Source of the DNA: an uncultured bacterium
Lineage (GTDB): Bacteria > Acidobacteriota > HRBIN11 > JAKEFK01
NCBI GenBank assembly: GCA_963777505.1
Contig: CAVZQN010000008.1
Span: 192,001 to 256,000, forward strand
Direction: 5' to 3'
Length of the DNA stretch: 64,000 nt
The translations under genes and the position numbers were made by a program. This document shows positions 17,957 to 28,035 of the stretch, one piece after another; position 1 is the first letter of the stretch; each line of letters begins with the position of its first letter. A model generated the notes under the pieces. It saw nothing but the letters and a program-made list of their open reading frames with translations. It ran no database searches and was not told the origin of the DNA.

Positions 17957-19222
17957 TTATCTGGCAAATTCGGGTTCAACGAAATGTCGTATCTCCTGAA
18001 ATAGCTTTTCCGCCATTTCAGGTTCCAACGAAGAGATTTCACTAGAAGATTGCATTTTTTTAAGCTTGGCAAAAGAGTTAAATCCTGCAGAATTCAAAGC
18101 TTCAATGGCTTTTTCCCCAAAATCGGGATCCGATTGTATTTTCGTGCGAAAAGATTCAAAACGCACAGACAACTGTTCATCGTCTCGTTTCTTCTCATCA
18201 ATACTCTTGATGTCTATTTTCCATGTTGTTAGTTTGGATGCCAGACGCACGTTTTGGCCTTTCTTGCCAATTGCCAGGGAAAGTTGATCATTTTCTACAA
18301 CAATTTCCAGGCGTTTCTCTTTCTCATCCATGAAGCTTACCTGTTGAACACGGGCAGGCTTCAAAGCATTTGATGCAAGCTTTACGATGTCATCAGACCA
18401 TTCAATAATGTCGATCCGCTCGCCGTGCAGCTCATTGATTACAGATTGTACGCGAGTTCCTTTGATCCCGACACAAGCGCCTACTGGATCGATTGCTGAA
18501 TCTGAAGTAGCAACTGCAATTTTTGCACGATCGCCTGCTTCCCGAACAGCAGACTTAACTTCAATTGTCCCATCATAAATTTCAGGAACCTCAGCTTCAA
18601 AGAGCTTGATTAATAGCCTTGGATCGGTCCGTGAAAGCACAATTTGTGGATCATTAGAAAAGCGATGAACTTTTGCAATGACTGCCCGGATCCGGTCGCC
18701 GCGGGAATATTGTTCTACAGGAGACTGATACATTTTCGGCAGGATCGCTTCCGTCGCTCCAAGGTCGATAATCATATCGCCTTTCTCAAAATTCTTCACA
18801 ATGCCGTTTACAAGTTCACCCAAACGCCCGGTGTATTCATCATGAATTTTCTTTCGTTCTGCTTCCTTAACACGCTGAAAAATAATCTGCTTTGCAGTCT
18901 GCGCTTCAATGCGCCCTAACGGACGACTGGCTAACAATACATTCACAGAATCACCTGTGATAGCCTCCGGATTCACCTGGCGCGCACTTGAAATATCTGT
19001 TTGCGTTTCAGGATCTAATACAGAATCCACGACATGTTTCGTTCCAAACAAGTCGACTTGACCGGTCTCACGATTAAAACGGGCGGACAAATCCTCACGA
19101 TTTTTATAAAGCTTACGGGCTGCCGTTAAGATTGCATCTTCAATTGCATGCACAATCTCTTCAGGATCAATTCCTTTTTCCCGGCTCACCTGTTCAATTG
19201 TTGTAATTAATTCGCTGCTCAT
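17957..19222 (-). CDS. nusA: transcription termination/antitermination factor NusA
   Basis: GRIEAQTAKQ, S1 domain, DPVGACVG, SLAIGKKGQNVRLA. Confidence 0.97.
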   Translation of the reverse strand: MSSELITTIEQVSREKGIDPEEIVHAIEDAILTAARKLYKNREDLSARFNRETGQVDLFGTKHVVDSVLDPETQTDISSARQVNPEAITGDSVNVLLASRPLGRIEAQTAKQIIFQRVKEAERKKIHDEYTGRLGELVNGIVKNFEKGDMIIDLGATEAILPKMYQSPVEQYSRGDRIRAVIAKVHRFSNDPQIVLSRTDPRLLIKLFEAEVPEIYDGTIEVKSAVREAGDRAKIAVATSDSAIDPVGACVGIKGTRVQSVINELHGERIDIIEWSDDIVKLASNALKPARVQQVSFMDEKEKRLEIVVENDQLSLAIGKKGQNVRLASKLTTWKIDIKSIDEKKRDDEQLSVRFESFRTKIQSDPDFGEKAIEALNSAGFNSFAKLKKMQSSSEISSLEPEMAEKLFQEIRHFVEPEFAR

Positions 19223-19228
19223 TGATTT

Positions 19229-19720
19229 CTATTTCCGTTTTTTTTTACCTTTTCCAGGATGTGATGGCATCGGTACATCTTGCTGTGCTTTGCGTATTTG
19301 GCTGCGCTGAATATGAATATCCGAATCTTGTTGTTGAATCGTCACAGCATTACTATCTACATCCTTCAACAAGCCGATTGCATGCAAAATTTTTCCATCG
19401 ACTTCATAAGAAATCCGTACGGTCCGCCCTAAACTTTTCTGATAATCCTGATCGGTTTTGAAAGGACGATCCATGCCAGGCGAGCTAACCTCAAGTACAT
19501 ACGCTTCCCTTACTAGATCATTCACATCTAGAACTGCACTGAGCTGCCTGCTGACGTTTTCACAATCGTTTAAAGTCACACCACCATTCTTATCGATAAA
19601 TACGCGCAAAAGGCTCCGCGATTGCCCCGTTTTATACTCGAGATCCTTCAATTCCAGGCCTTCAGATTCAGCAATCTTGCGGGCGTGTTGCTCGATGTCA
19701 GACAAGGGTGGCAAGGCCAA
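19229..19720 (-). CDS. rimP: ribosome maturation factor RimP
   Basis: LRVFIDK..GVTLNDCE, YVLEVSSPGMDRP. Start placed at TTG 19720 after GGAGG. Confidence 0.93.
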   Translation of the reverse strand: MALPPLSDIEQHARKIAESEGLELKDLEYKTGQSRSLLRVFIDKNGGVTLNDCENVSRQLSAVLDVNDLVREAYVLEVSSPGMDRPFKTDQDYQKSLGRTVRISYEVDGKILHAIGLLKDVDSNAVTIQQQDSDIHIQRSQIRKAQQDVPMPSHPGKGKKKRK

Positions 19721-19732
19721 AAGTCCTCCAAG

Positions 19733-19766
19733 AAAAAATAAAAAGTGGGCATGTAGCCCACTCAAA
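19733..19766 (-). terminator. rimP-nusA leader hairpin / attenuator
   Basis: GAGTGGGC-TACAT-GCCCACTT followed by TTTATTTTTT, just upstream of the rimP RBS. Confidence 0.75.
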
Positions 19767-19951
19767 AAAGATTATCTTTGAGAAATTAGAAGTATACGCC
19801 TTTTCCTTTAGATTGCCAAGTTGCGTTGGCAACGCCATCTGATTGCAAATCTAGGACAAAACGGCTTTGCAAACGCCAGTTTTAATGCATCTTCGTTTCC
19901 TTCTTTACCGGTTCAATATTGGTTCAAGACGATGATTTTTTCGCCTCGATC

Positions 19952-19967
19952 TGGCCGAACGCTTGCA
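19952..19967 (+). promoter_or_regulatory. candidate sigma54 (-24/-12) promoter upstream of ssb
   Basis: TGGCCG-AACGC-TTGCA with GG-N10-GC spacing. Confidence 0.4.
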
Positions 19968-19995
19968 TAGTGCAAAGTTAGGAGGATTTCAAAGA

Positions 19996-20394
19996 ATGTC
20001 ACTCAACAAAATATTGATTATTGGAAACCTTGGATCTGACCCAAACAGGCGTTCTTTGCCATCAGGCAAACCAACAGTTTCATTCAGCGTTGCTACAAAT
20101 CGACGTTACAAAGTTGAAGGGCAACTCAGAGAGGAAGTTGAATGGTTTAGTGTTGTTGCATTTGGAAGACTCGCTGAAATTTGTTCCGAGTTTCTGAGAA
20201 AAGGAAAACCTGTGTTTATCGAAGGCAGAATGAGAACACGCAATTGGACCGATGCGAATGGAGCCGTTCATTATCGGACTGAAGTCATTGCTGAAGGAAT
20301 GCGGATGATTGGAAGAAGAGAAAACGGTAATCAATCAGAATCCCATGAAGTTTCCGAATCCTCCCACTCCGATATGCCGGAAGAACCGTTTTAA
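19996..20394 (+). CDS. ssb: single-stranded DNA-binding protein
   Basis: NKILIIGNLGSDP, FSVATN, KGKPVFIEGR, acidic tail EEPF. AGGAGG RBS. Confidence 0.95.
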   Translation: MSLNKILIIGNLGSDPNRRSLPSGKPTVSFSVATNRRYKVEGQLREEVEWFSVVAFGRLAEICSEFLRKGKPVFIEGRMRTRNWTDANGAVHYRTEVIAEGMRMIGRRENGNQSESHEVSESSHSDMPEEPF

Positions 20395-20424
20395 GATTCA
20401 CCGCAAAGACACGAAGATAAGTTT

Positions 20425-21180
20425 GTGAAATGGATAGCGGGAGCAAGGCTTATATTCGTTTGTATTTTTATAGCCTTGTACTTGATTGTTGTCGGCATTC
20501 CAGTTTTAACGTATTGCCGCATCATAAAAAACCCAAAGCTTGCTCTTCGGCTTTCCCGTGTATTGGCTGGAATTGTTTTATGGTTTGGCGGAGTCAAGTT
20601 AATTGTTGAAGGCCGGCAAAAGGTTGATCCTTCAAAAGGTTGTGTATACGTTGCAAATCATAAAAGTTTTGTCGATTCAATTGCGCTCTTTTATGCGTTG
20701 CCCGGCGATTTGACTCTCCTTGCAAAAAAAGAAATTTACAAAATTCCGCTCGTCTCTTTTGCCTTACGTACGATGGACATTATCGCGGTCGATCGTTCTG
20801 ATTCTGAAGCAGCAGCACAAAGTATTGAACGTGCTGTTCAATATCTACAAAACGGAAAATGTGTAATCATGTTTCCAGAGGGGACACGCAACAGAGGAGA
20901 AGGACTCCTTCCATTTAAGAAAGGTGCATTTGTTCTTGCGATCAAGGCGCAAGTCCCAATTGTTCCAGTTGCAATTATTGGAGCTGAAAAAGCAATCGCA
21001 CCGGATACAATCTTTTTATACCCAGCAACGCTGCATATCACTGTTCTCGATCCGATAGAAACGAAAGGGATGGATCTTGAACAACGCACAGAACTACTTG
21101 ACTATACGCGGTCAGTTATAGAAGCGACGTATATGGGTTCTTTACCGCAGAGTCACAGAGAAGGTTCCACAAGTCGATAA
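20425..21180 (+). CDS. plsC: 1-acyl-sn-glycerol-3-phosphate acyltransferase
   Basis: NHKSFVD, FPEGTR, FKKGAF and VPIVPV motifs. Confidence 0.88.
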   Translation: MKWIAGARLIFVCIFIALYLIVVGIPVLTYCRIIKNPKLALRLSRVLAGIVLWFGGVKLIVEGRQKVDPSKGCVYVANHKSFVDSIALFYALPGDLTLLAKKEIYKIPLVSFALRTMDIIAVDRSDSEAAAQSIERAVQYLQNGKCVIMFPEGTRNRGEGLLPFKKGAFVLAIKAQVPIVPVAIIGAEKAIAPDTIFLYPATLHITVLDPIETKGMDLEQRTELLDYTRSVIEATYMGSLPQSHREGSTSR

Positions 21181-22238
21181 ATTGTGTCGCGTTTTTGGGG
21201 AGTGAAGCCGGCATCGCGGATCAGGCGTCGTAAGTCTTCTTCAGAAGCTCGGAAGTTTGCGCCTGCAGCAGAAACAACATTTTCCTCAATCATCACACTG
21301 CCCATATCATTAGCGCCAAAACGTAAAGCAACTTGACCCAGCTTCAATCCTTGAGTTAGCCAGGAGCTTTGAACGTTCTCAATGTTATCTAAAAAGATTC
21401 GTGAAATTGCGAGCGTCTTAAGAAAATCGGATGCAGTTGAAGTCGGACATTGCAACAAGGTATTCTCCGGCTGAAAAGTCCAGCAGATAAAAGACATGAA
21501 TCCACCTGTTTTATCTTGTAAGTCTCTGATCCGTTGAAGATGTTCCGCGCGCTCTTCCAATGTTTCTACGTGACCAAACATCATCGTAGAGCTGGAACGA
21601 AGTCCTTGCTTGTGGGTTTCTTCATGTACAGCAAGCCATTCATCGGACATGCACTTTCGTGGCGATATTTCGCGTCTCACACGATCAACAAGAATTTCGC
21701 CACCGCCGCCGGGAAGTGAATCCAGCCCGGCAGCAATCAATCTTTCCATTACTTCTGATAATGAAATTCGCGAGACCTTACAAATGTTTACTATTTCCGG
21801 CGGAGAAAATCCGTGAATCCAAATTGGAAATTTGCTTTTGATGTGTCGCAATAATGCTTCATACCAATCGATCTTCAATTCCGGATGCAGACCGCCTTGC
21901 ATCAAAATACCTGTTCCTTTTAAGGCAAGTGTCTCTTCAATTTTCTTATCCAGAACTTCGAACGCATGCAAATACGTATCGGATTCACCCGGTGAACGAT
22001 AAAATGCACAAAATGAGCATTCGACGTTGCATACGTTTGTGTAGTTGATATTACGATCGATTATGTAGGTAACCGTTCTTTCTGGATGGAATTTGTATCG
22101 CACAAAGTCAGATGCCATTCCCAGTTCAAGCAGATCGTTGCAATGAAATAACTGGATCGCATCCTCTTGTGATATACGTTCACCCCGATACACACGCGAA
22201 AGGATTTCAGAAACAGTGGATTGCACAGCTACATCCAT
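21153..22238 (-). CDS. mqnC: cyclic dehypoxanthine futalosine synthase (radical SAM)
   Basis: DRNINYTNVCNVECSFCAFYR, LMQGGLHP, GANDMGSVMIEENVV. Adjacent to mqnA. Confidence 0.93.
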   Translation of the reverse strand: MDVAVQSTVSEILSRVYRGERISQEDAIQLFHCNDLLELGMASDFVRYKFHPERTVTYIIDRNINYTNVCNVECSFCAFYRSPGESDTYLHAFEVLDKKIEETLALKGTGILMQGGLHPELKIDWYEALLRHIKSKFPIWIHGFSPPEIVNICKVSRISLSEVMERLIAAGLDSLPGGGGEILVDRVRREISPRKCMSDEWLAVHEETHKQGLRSSSTMMFGHVETLEERAEHLQRIRDLQDKTGGFMSFICWTFQPENTLLQCPTSTASDFLKTLAISRIFLDNIENVQSSWLTQGLKLGQVALRFGANDMGSVMIEENVVSAAGANFRASEEDLRRLIRDAGFTPQKRDTIYRLVEPSL

Positions 22239-23002
22239 ATATCCGTCCTTATGTTCTTTACGAGTTTTAGATCAGCTGCGAGGTCCAGGTACTTAGAAAA
22301 ACCCTGGTAATCGTTCGGGGTGAGCTGATAATGCAAGTCAAGATTATAATATCTTTTTAGAAATTCGCTATCCACGGTAATCATCTTTTTGGCCTGCTCG
22401 ATAATCGAATCAATTGCTTCTAAACCCTTGACGAGAGAATCACGGAATATTTCCTGTTTTGATAATTCAAGATTTTGTGTCGAAGCCCACACAGCAAATA
22501 TAAAAGGAAGGCCTGCAAAATCGTGCCATTCTGACGCAAGATCCCACCGATTACTTCCGGGGATTCTGGATAGAATTGCGTCATCTCCAATCACTAAAGC
22601 GGCATCATAATTTTTTAGAGTCCCAACTATGTCATGGCTATCGGCGGTAACGAAGAGCGGTTTATTTCCGTATTTTTTTTGCAGAATAATTTTCAATAAA
22701 TTCACCGAAGTCAATGACGCGGGGTCCACTGATACGGTTTTGAGTTGCTCTAATGGTTTAAATGAATAAAGGTAGACTGATTCTGTTTGTTTTTCAGCGG
22801 CAATTCCGATTCCGGAAATCGCCCGCACATTTTCATGCAATTGAGTTCCAAAAATAGGTATCAGGGCTACATCAACTTCGCTATGAATCAGGTGTTTGAA
22901 ACAGGCAGAAGGAGTATCCAGTATCAATTCGATGCTTGAATTGCGTTGAAGACCATAAATAAGTGGAAGAGTATTGATGTAATGGATTGCCGCGACGCGC
23001 AT
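22229..23002 (-). CDS. mqnA: chorismate dehydratase (futalosine menaquinone pathway)
   Basis: IHYINTLPL, SLTSVNL, LVIGDDA, DLASEW...GLPFIFAVW. Confidence 0.9.
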   Translation of the reverse strand: MRVAAIHYINTLPLIYGLQRNSSIELILDTPSACFKHLIHSEVDVALIPIFGTQLHENVRAISGIGIAAEKQTESVYLYSFKPLEQLKTVSVDPASLTSVNLLKIILQKKYGNKPLFVTADSHDIVGTLKNYDAALVIGDDAILSRIPGSNRWDLASEWHDFAGLPFIFAVWASTQNLELSKQEIFRDSLVKGLEAIDSIIEQAKKMITVDSEFLKRYYNLDLHYQLTPNDYQGFSKYLDLAADLKLVKNIRTDIWM

Positions 23003-23009
23003 GATTCAT

Positions 23010-23044
23010 TGTAGCGGGTAGGTCAAAGAAGACCCACCCGTACA
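23010..23044. repeat. REP-like hairpin / possible terminator
   Basis: TGTAGCGGGTAGGTC-AAAGAA-GACCCACCCGTACA imperfect inverted repeat. Confidence 0.5.
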
Positions 23045-23051
23045 AATAATT

Positions 23052-23693
23052 TTATTGCGAAGGCATCTCGCGATTGGCTTCGATTTTTTCGGATTTTACG
23101 CGAAGCTGTTCAAAATAAACAACGCTGGTTCCACCGGTAACAAGGCCAACCTGGCCGCCGGTGCTTGTTTCATCTTCTACTTCTAAAACTGGCTCTCCAT
23201 CGAGAAATGCGCGAATTTTGTTGAGGTAGCACACTGCTTTCAGTTCATACCAACGATCTGGTTCGATGCTGCGATTTTCACGCTTAAGTGCCTTCATACC
23301 TCTGAGTGCAGCACGAGTTAAAGTAAGTCTCTTGTCTTTGGTGTTGATGAAGAGCATGTAATAGCTGTAGAGATTTCGATAACGAAGTATCAAACCTCCA
23401 GATTGTATATCTTGATTTTCGCTGCTCAGGTAAATGCGCGTGCTTACTTCAAAATCAAAATAATCATGTCCCTTGAGTAACGCTTTAGGATAGTCTGCGT
23501 ATTTTACTGTTTGATTCAAAAGGGGAACATTCAACTTGGGTGGAGTGCGAATTTCCCATTTCCCTGAGATCGCATCAAGTTCTTCAAGGACCTCAGGCCG
23601 GTCAAACCTCCAACTCTGATCAGTTCCGCGTGAAGTATAGGTGGCTCCCACCCAGAGTAATGAGAGCAGCAATAGCGCAGCATATTTTTTCAT
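23052..23693 (-). CDS. exported beta-sandwich protein (DUF1080 / ConA-like)
   Basis: Signal peptide, DFEVST, GGLILRY...YY, WYELK, IRAFLDG and GQVGL patterns. Confidence 0.6.
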   Translation of the reverse strand: MKKYAALLLLSLLWVGATYTSRGTDQSWRFDRPEVLEELDAISGKWEIRTPPKLNVPLLNQTVKYADYPKALLKGHDYFDFEVSTRIYLSSENQDIQSGGLILRYRNLYSYYMLFINTKDKRLTLTRAALRGMKALKRENRSIEPDRWYELKAVCYLNKIRAFLDGEPVLEVEDETSTGGQVGLVTGGTSVVYFEQLRVKSEKIEANREMPSQ

Positions 23694-23702
23694 GCACTCC
23701 TC

Positions 23703-26700
23703 TTAGAAGTCGTAACCGATCGAAAAATCAAACTCAATTCCATCAGTAATCTCAAACCCTGACACTGGCTGAGTGAGATCGACAATACCGAATTCATTTC
23801 CAAATCGCCCTTTGCCATAGACTTTGGAGAAGTCAAAATTTAATGGCAGGCCACCGGCATGAAAGGTAAAACCGAATCCAATGGCACCTGCTCCTTCTTT
23901 AAAATCCAATAAGAAAAATTGATCATCTACAGTGCGAGAAGAGAAAGTAGGAACATTGAATTGGCCAAGAGAATCCTCATGATACTCCATTCGAAAATAA
24001 TCGACGAATACTTTGCCGCGGAGTTGACCAAGGAACGGCATCCGTGGGTTAGGATAAAGTGGAAAACGGTATTCTAGATTTCCAATACCGCCTCTTTGGC
24101 CTGCTATTTCTCGGAAATCAAATCCACGAATATCGAGCCCACCGCCGAATGAAAATATAACAGGATCATCACCAGCGGTACGGAAACCGCGGGCACGAGC
24201 AGCAATAAGAGTTCGATTTGTGACTCTGAAATATTTCCTCAAATCGACATCTAAGATTGAACGAGAAACCCACTCATTCGAAACAGGAGGTGCATAATCG
24301 AATGCAATACGAAACGTATGGCCCGAGATCGGACCAAACTCGCGGAACCGTGTGGTTTCAGCAACGAAAGCAACACTGAGCGGGATGTAACCACCATTAG
24401 ATAGAAAATCATCCACGTTTTGATTTACGAGAAAATTCTCATAAATATCCTGCGTTTGATTATCATAGAAGCGCTGCGACAAATCGAATACACCGGCTCC
24501 TAATTCAAAACGATAATAGCGGTTCAAAGGGTATTGACCTAGGAATCGTCCACCGTAAATTCGGGAACGTACGATGTCTGTAGTAAATCCCGTTTGCTGC
24601 GCTATTTCGGCTGGAACAGAGATCAGGAAAAAATCATCGTTAAAGACAAAGTCTGATAGATACTGCAAACGGTGTCCGAGATCAACATATCCTGCATAGT
24701 AGGATTGAAATCCGCGAATACGGCTTGTATAAAAACGCCATTCTTGATCTCCGAGAATATCTTGAAGCACAACCCCGGATGCCACTGCAAATGTGTCGCC
24801 CGAAACACCTGTAATAACGCTAGGACGGCCACCAACAATCAGCTTGAGTTTCTTGTCCTGAACTTTCTTTTCATCAACTACAAGATTCTTAGTTGGTTGA
24901 AAATCAGAGAGCACAGGGCCTTCTTTCGGAAATTCCCGAGAAGTCGGATCATCTTCGCTTTGTGCCATCTTTAAAGTTTCGCCACCTTCTGTTTCACTTC
25001 CTTTTGCAATCACATTAAGAGGTTCAGGCAAGTCCATAATGAACAATCGGTATTGGCCTTTAAAGAATGAAGTAAATGCGATGCGCTTCTTCTCCCCTTC
25101 ATAAAACACGACGGGACTAAAATTGCTTCCGATAACATCGGTAAATTGCAATTTATCGCCTGTGCTTAAATCCAGGGCGTAGATGTTGTAAGCGCCGGTC
25201 TTATCGCCCGCGTAATAGACACGATTCGTGCGAGGATCATACTCAGGACTTGTTGAATCGTAATCGGAGAATGTAAGTTGCTCAATCTTTGCCGGGTTTG
25301 CAGTTTCCATTCGCATGATCTGATCGCGTGAATTAATACGGCTCGTATAGTAAATGTATTTTCCATCCGGAGAATACCGCGGTGTCTTTTCGTAAAGAAT
25401 ATCGTTTGTGATTTTTTTGTATTCTTTAGTTGCTACATCGATCGCAAACAAATCAGGCTGAGCATCCTTAAATCCCGTAATGATGACTGTCCGCCCATCA
25501 GGTGAAATAGTAGGCGATGCTGCTTGATCGATGTCTACCTTAATTTTTTCAATTCTGTCACCATCTTTTGAATCTACGATGAATAACGAACGACGCTTTC
25601 CTGTACGTCCGAAATAACCGATGTATCGGCCATCATAGCTCCATGCAATATTCCGGCCTTCAAATCGCCAGCTATCAGTAGTCAGATAATCGTAAGAAGT
25701 TGTAAAACCGCCTGTGAGATTTTCAAGCACTTTGCCTTCACGATTGATTTTCAGAATATCAAATTCATAATCGCTGAAATTGGAAGTTAGTACAGCAAAT
25801 TCTTGCCCATCCGGTGATGGATGTTGGGAAAAAGCCTGACGATACTTTGAAGGAAGTGAAATTTCATTTCCATAATCTATCGGAGATTGTTTGTCGCGAT
25901 AATCTTTAAATCGCTCGCGAAGATATGAAGAAAACTGTTCGTTAAATTCCTCTTCTTTTACACCAAGGGCGCTAAAGATTACATCTTCAGTACCGAGTAA
26001 AGTAGCCTTCTTCATGTAAAACCAGAATTGTCTAAGCGCTGCATCACCATATTTTTCGGCTATGAACTCGAAAACAGCATGACCAACGTTGTAAGGTGCG
26101 CGACCCAACTCTTGAGTTCCACCAGGATAGATCATGTCGCGTTCTACACTCACAAATGGGAGACGTTCAGTTAGAACCGCATCTCGAACGACCATAATGT
26201 CTGCCGGATCCCATGTCCCTGTTGCATAATCCGCATATCCTTCCATTACCCAGAGTGGCGGACTTGAACGAACGATGGGTGAAAGGATTCCACCAAAAAG
26301 CATTGAGAATTCAAATACGTGCGCTAGTTCGTGCGTTATTAAACTTTGCAGCTTATCGGACGGCTGATCAATTGCAAACGCCATACGGTTGTAAACAGGT
26401 TCTGCTGCACCAAGAATACCTTCACTGATTTGTAAATAATTTACCTGTTCAAATTCACTTTGTGTTTTGAAAAAGATTAACGGAATTTTAAATTCAATGT
26501 CATGCTGCAAATCAGCACTGAGCTTATCGTAAGCAGATTCAGCCATGCTAACTACGCGCTGCAGTTGTTGTTTTGATTCCGGATAGAAGTAGATTTCAAA
26601 ATGCGCAGTTTTATACGTCTTCCATTCGAAAGAGTCGTATTTGACATTATTTTTTCCGTAGTAAGGAACGATTTGCGCGAAAAGCGGAAGGCCAAACAGG

Positions 26701-26735
26701 AGTGCAAACAGGGTGATAGCAACTCTTTTAAACAT
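23703..26735 (-). CDS. Omp85-family outer-membrane protein with N-terminal zinc peptidase and PD40/TolB-like propeller
   Basis: Signal peptide, HELAH plus WVMEGYADY (gluzincin), repeated SPDG/SYDG units, GGGLDIRGF, NLEYRFPL, C-terminal FSIGYDF. Confidence 0.85.
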   Translation of the reverse strand: MFKRVAITLFALLFGLPLFAQIVPYYGKNNVKYDSFEWKTYKTAHFEIYFYPESKQQLQRVVSMAESAYDKLSADLQHDIEFKIPLIFFKTQSEFEQVNYLQISEGILGAAEPVYNRMAFAIDQPSDKLQSLITHELAHVFEFSMLFGGILSPIVRSSPPLWVMEGYADYATGTWDPADIMVVRDAVLTERLPFVSVERDMIYPGGTQELGRAPYNVGHAVFEFIAEKYGDAALRQFWFYMKKATLLGTEDVIFSALGVKEEEFNEQFSSYLRERFKDYRDKQSPIDYGNEISLPSKYRQAFSQHPSPDGQEFAVLTSNFSDYEFDILKINREGKVLENLTGGFTTSYDYLTTDSWRFEGRNIAWSYDGRYIGYFGRTGKRRSLFIVDSKDGDRIEKIKVDIDQAASPTISPDGRTVIITGFKDAQPDLFAIDVATKEYKKITNDILYEKTPRYSPDGKYIYYTSRINSRDQIMRMETANPAKIEQLTFSDYDSTSPEYDPRTNRVYYAGDKTGAYNIYALDLSTGDKLQFTDVIGSNFSPVVFYEGEKKRIAFTSFFKGQYRLFIMDLPEPLNVIAKGSETEGGETLKMAQSEDDPTSREFPKEGPVLSDFQPTKNLVVDEKKVQDKKLKLIVGGRPSVITGVSGDTFAVASGVVLQDILGDQEWRFYTSRIRGFQSYYAGYVDLGHRLQYLSDFVFNDDFFLISVPAEIAQQTGFTTDIVRSRIYGGRFLGQYPLNRYYRFELGAGVFDLSQRFYDNQTQDIYENFLVNQNVDDFLSNGGYIPLSVAFVAETTRFREFGPISGHTFRIAFDYAPPVSNEWVSRSILDVDLRKYFRVTNRTLIAARARGFRTAGDDPVIFSFGGGLDIRGFDFREIAGQRGGIGNLEYRFPLYPNPRMPFLGQLRGKVFVDYFRMEYHEDSLGQFNVPTFSSRTVDDQFFLLDFKEGAGAIGFGFTFHAGGLPLNFDFSKVYGKGRFGNEFGIVDLTQPVSGFEITDGIEFDFSIGYDF

Positions 26736-26744
26736 AGGTACCTC

Positions 26745-27440
26745 TCATGGTTCGAGTAATGTTCTAGAGCCTGCGACCCGGTAAGGAACTAAGATTCCGA
26801 CGATTTTGGGTGTCATCCTTTCAAAAACATCATAGAAGAGAGGAAGGCTTACATTATTAATATCATCGTAAACTTCTTCTTCTTTGAAATTTTCCTGAAA
26901 CAATTTTTCGCCTGTTGAGGCATCAATAAGATACAGGTTTACCGCAAGAATAAGTTGTAAGCGCTCTCTTGTAGTTGTTACATCTCGCTGAACACCTGTA
27001 CGAGGATTGGTTACCCGTTCTGTTACAAGTCCGCTCTTTTCCTTATTAGAAAAATCGACAGACCCAACAAGAATCATAGCTCCTTCCCTTTTTCCGATGT
27101 CCTGGGCCACCCAGAAAGCAGGATCCTTCAAAATTTCATCCGGCGTTTTAGTCTTATCAAACTCAACTTTCAGATCTTCAACTTCATAACCACTTTTATC
27201 TTTAAATTCCGATTTTAGTGTTTCCTTGATTTCTTTGTTGATATTGATGTTTACATTCTTATCAATGTCATGAGTTCCGGTAATGATAAAGTCAGATATG
27301 TATAAATTTTTGAAACCTTTAGCGACATATTTCGGGCGTAAAGGTGCCGAAATCTGTACTTCGGTGGATTTTTTTGCAAACGCTGGTGCGATGAAAGAAA
27401 TGAGAAAAATGACAAGAATTCCGAACGACACATTTTTCAT
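26745..27440 (-). CDS. exported hypothetical protein
   Basis: Signal peptide ending AFA. Co-oriented, 9 nt before the Omp85 gene. Confidence 0.75.
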   Translation of the reverse strand: MKNVSFGILVIFLISFIAPAFAKKSTEVQISAPLRPKYVAKGFKNLYISDFIITGTHDIDKNVNININKEIKETLKSEFKDKSGYEVEDLKVEFDKTKTPDEILKDPAFWVAQDIGKREGAMILVGSVDFSNKEKSGLVTERVTNPRTGVQRDVTTTRERLQLILAVNLYLIDASTGEKLFQENFKEEEVYDDINNVSLPLFYDVFERMTPKIVGILVPYRVAGSRTLLEP

Positions 27441-27489
27441 AAACTAATCTCACGGTGGGAAATGAAGGAAGGCGTGTAAAACAGCACCT

Positions 27490-27846
27490 TCATTTTCTTT
27501 GTCGTTGATATTTCCGGTAGAAGTCCCTGAAACGGTCTAAATTGTTTTTAATGATCTCACTCTGACTATCTAACCGGTAAGCTATCTGGTACTCCTCCAT
27601 AGCTAGATCATATTCTCCCATCTGCTCATATGCCACTGCCAAATTGTTGTGCGCCATCACGTTATCACGATCCAGCTGCAGTACCTTCTGCCATCGGTAA
27701 ATTGCCTCATCCCAATGATCATCTTTTGCCGCTCTTACACCGAATTCAAGTTGTTGTTTGACTTCTTCGGGCATGTCGGCGGCTTTTAATGGGAGAGTGA
27801 CAGAAAGAAGAACAAAGGAAAGTAAAAAGTAGGACCGTATCTTCAT
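27490..27846 (-). CDS. exported TPR protein
   Basis: Signal peptide, TPR motifs WDEAIYRW and AHNNLAVAYEQMGEYDLA. Start placed at ATG 27846. Confidence 0.85.
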   Translation of the reverse strand: MKIRSYFLLSFVLLSVTLPLKAADMPEEVKQQLEFGVRAAKDDHWDEAIYRWQKVLQLDRDNVMAHNNLAVAYEQMGEYDLAMEEYQIAYRLDSQSEIIKNNLDRFRDFYRKYQRQRK

Positions 27847-27868
27847 TATTCTTCGGCTGATAGCAAAA

Positions 27869-27897
27869 ATTATATGGGTTTTAATTTGAAGGCGCAA
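27869..27897 (-). promoter_or_regulatory. sigma70 promoter of the TPR/Omp85 operon
   Basis: TTGCGC-N17-TATAAT. Confidence 0.5.
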
Positions 27898-28035
27898 GGG
27901 ATTCGGAAATTTGAATTTTGTAGAAGTCAAATTGGATACGAATATGAACGTTTGCGACCCCGGTGTTGTCCATGGTACGATGACTTTGATCCCGATTGAT
28001 TACCAGGCTATGCTGGAAATAATTGCTCTTTTTCT

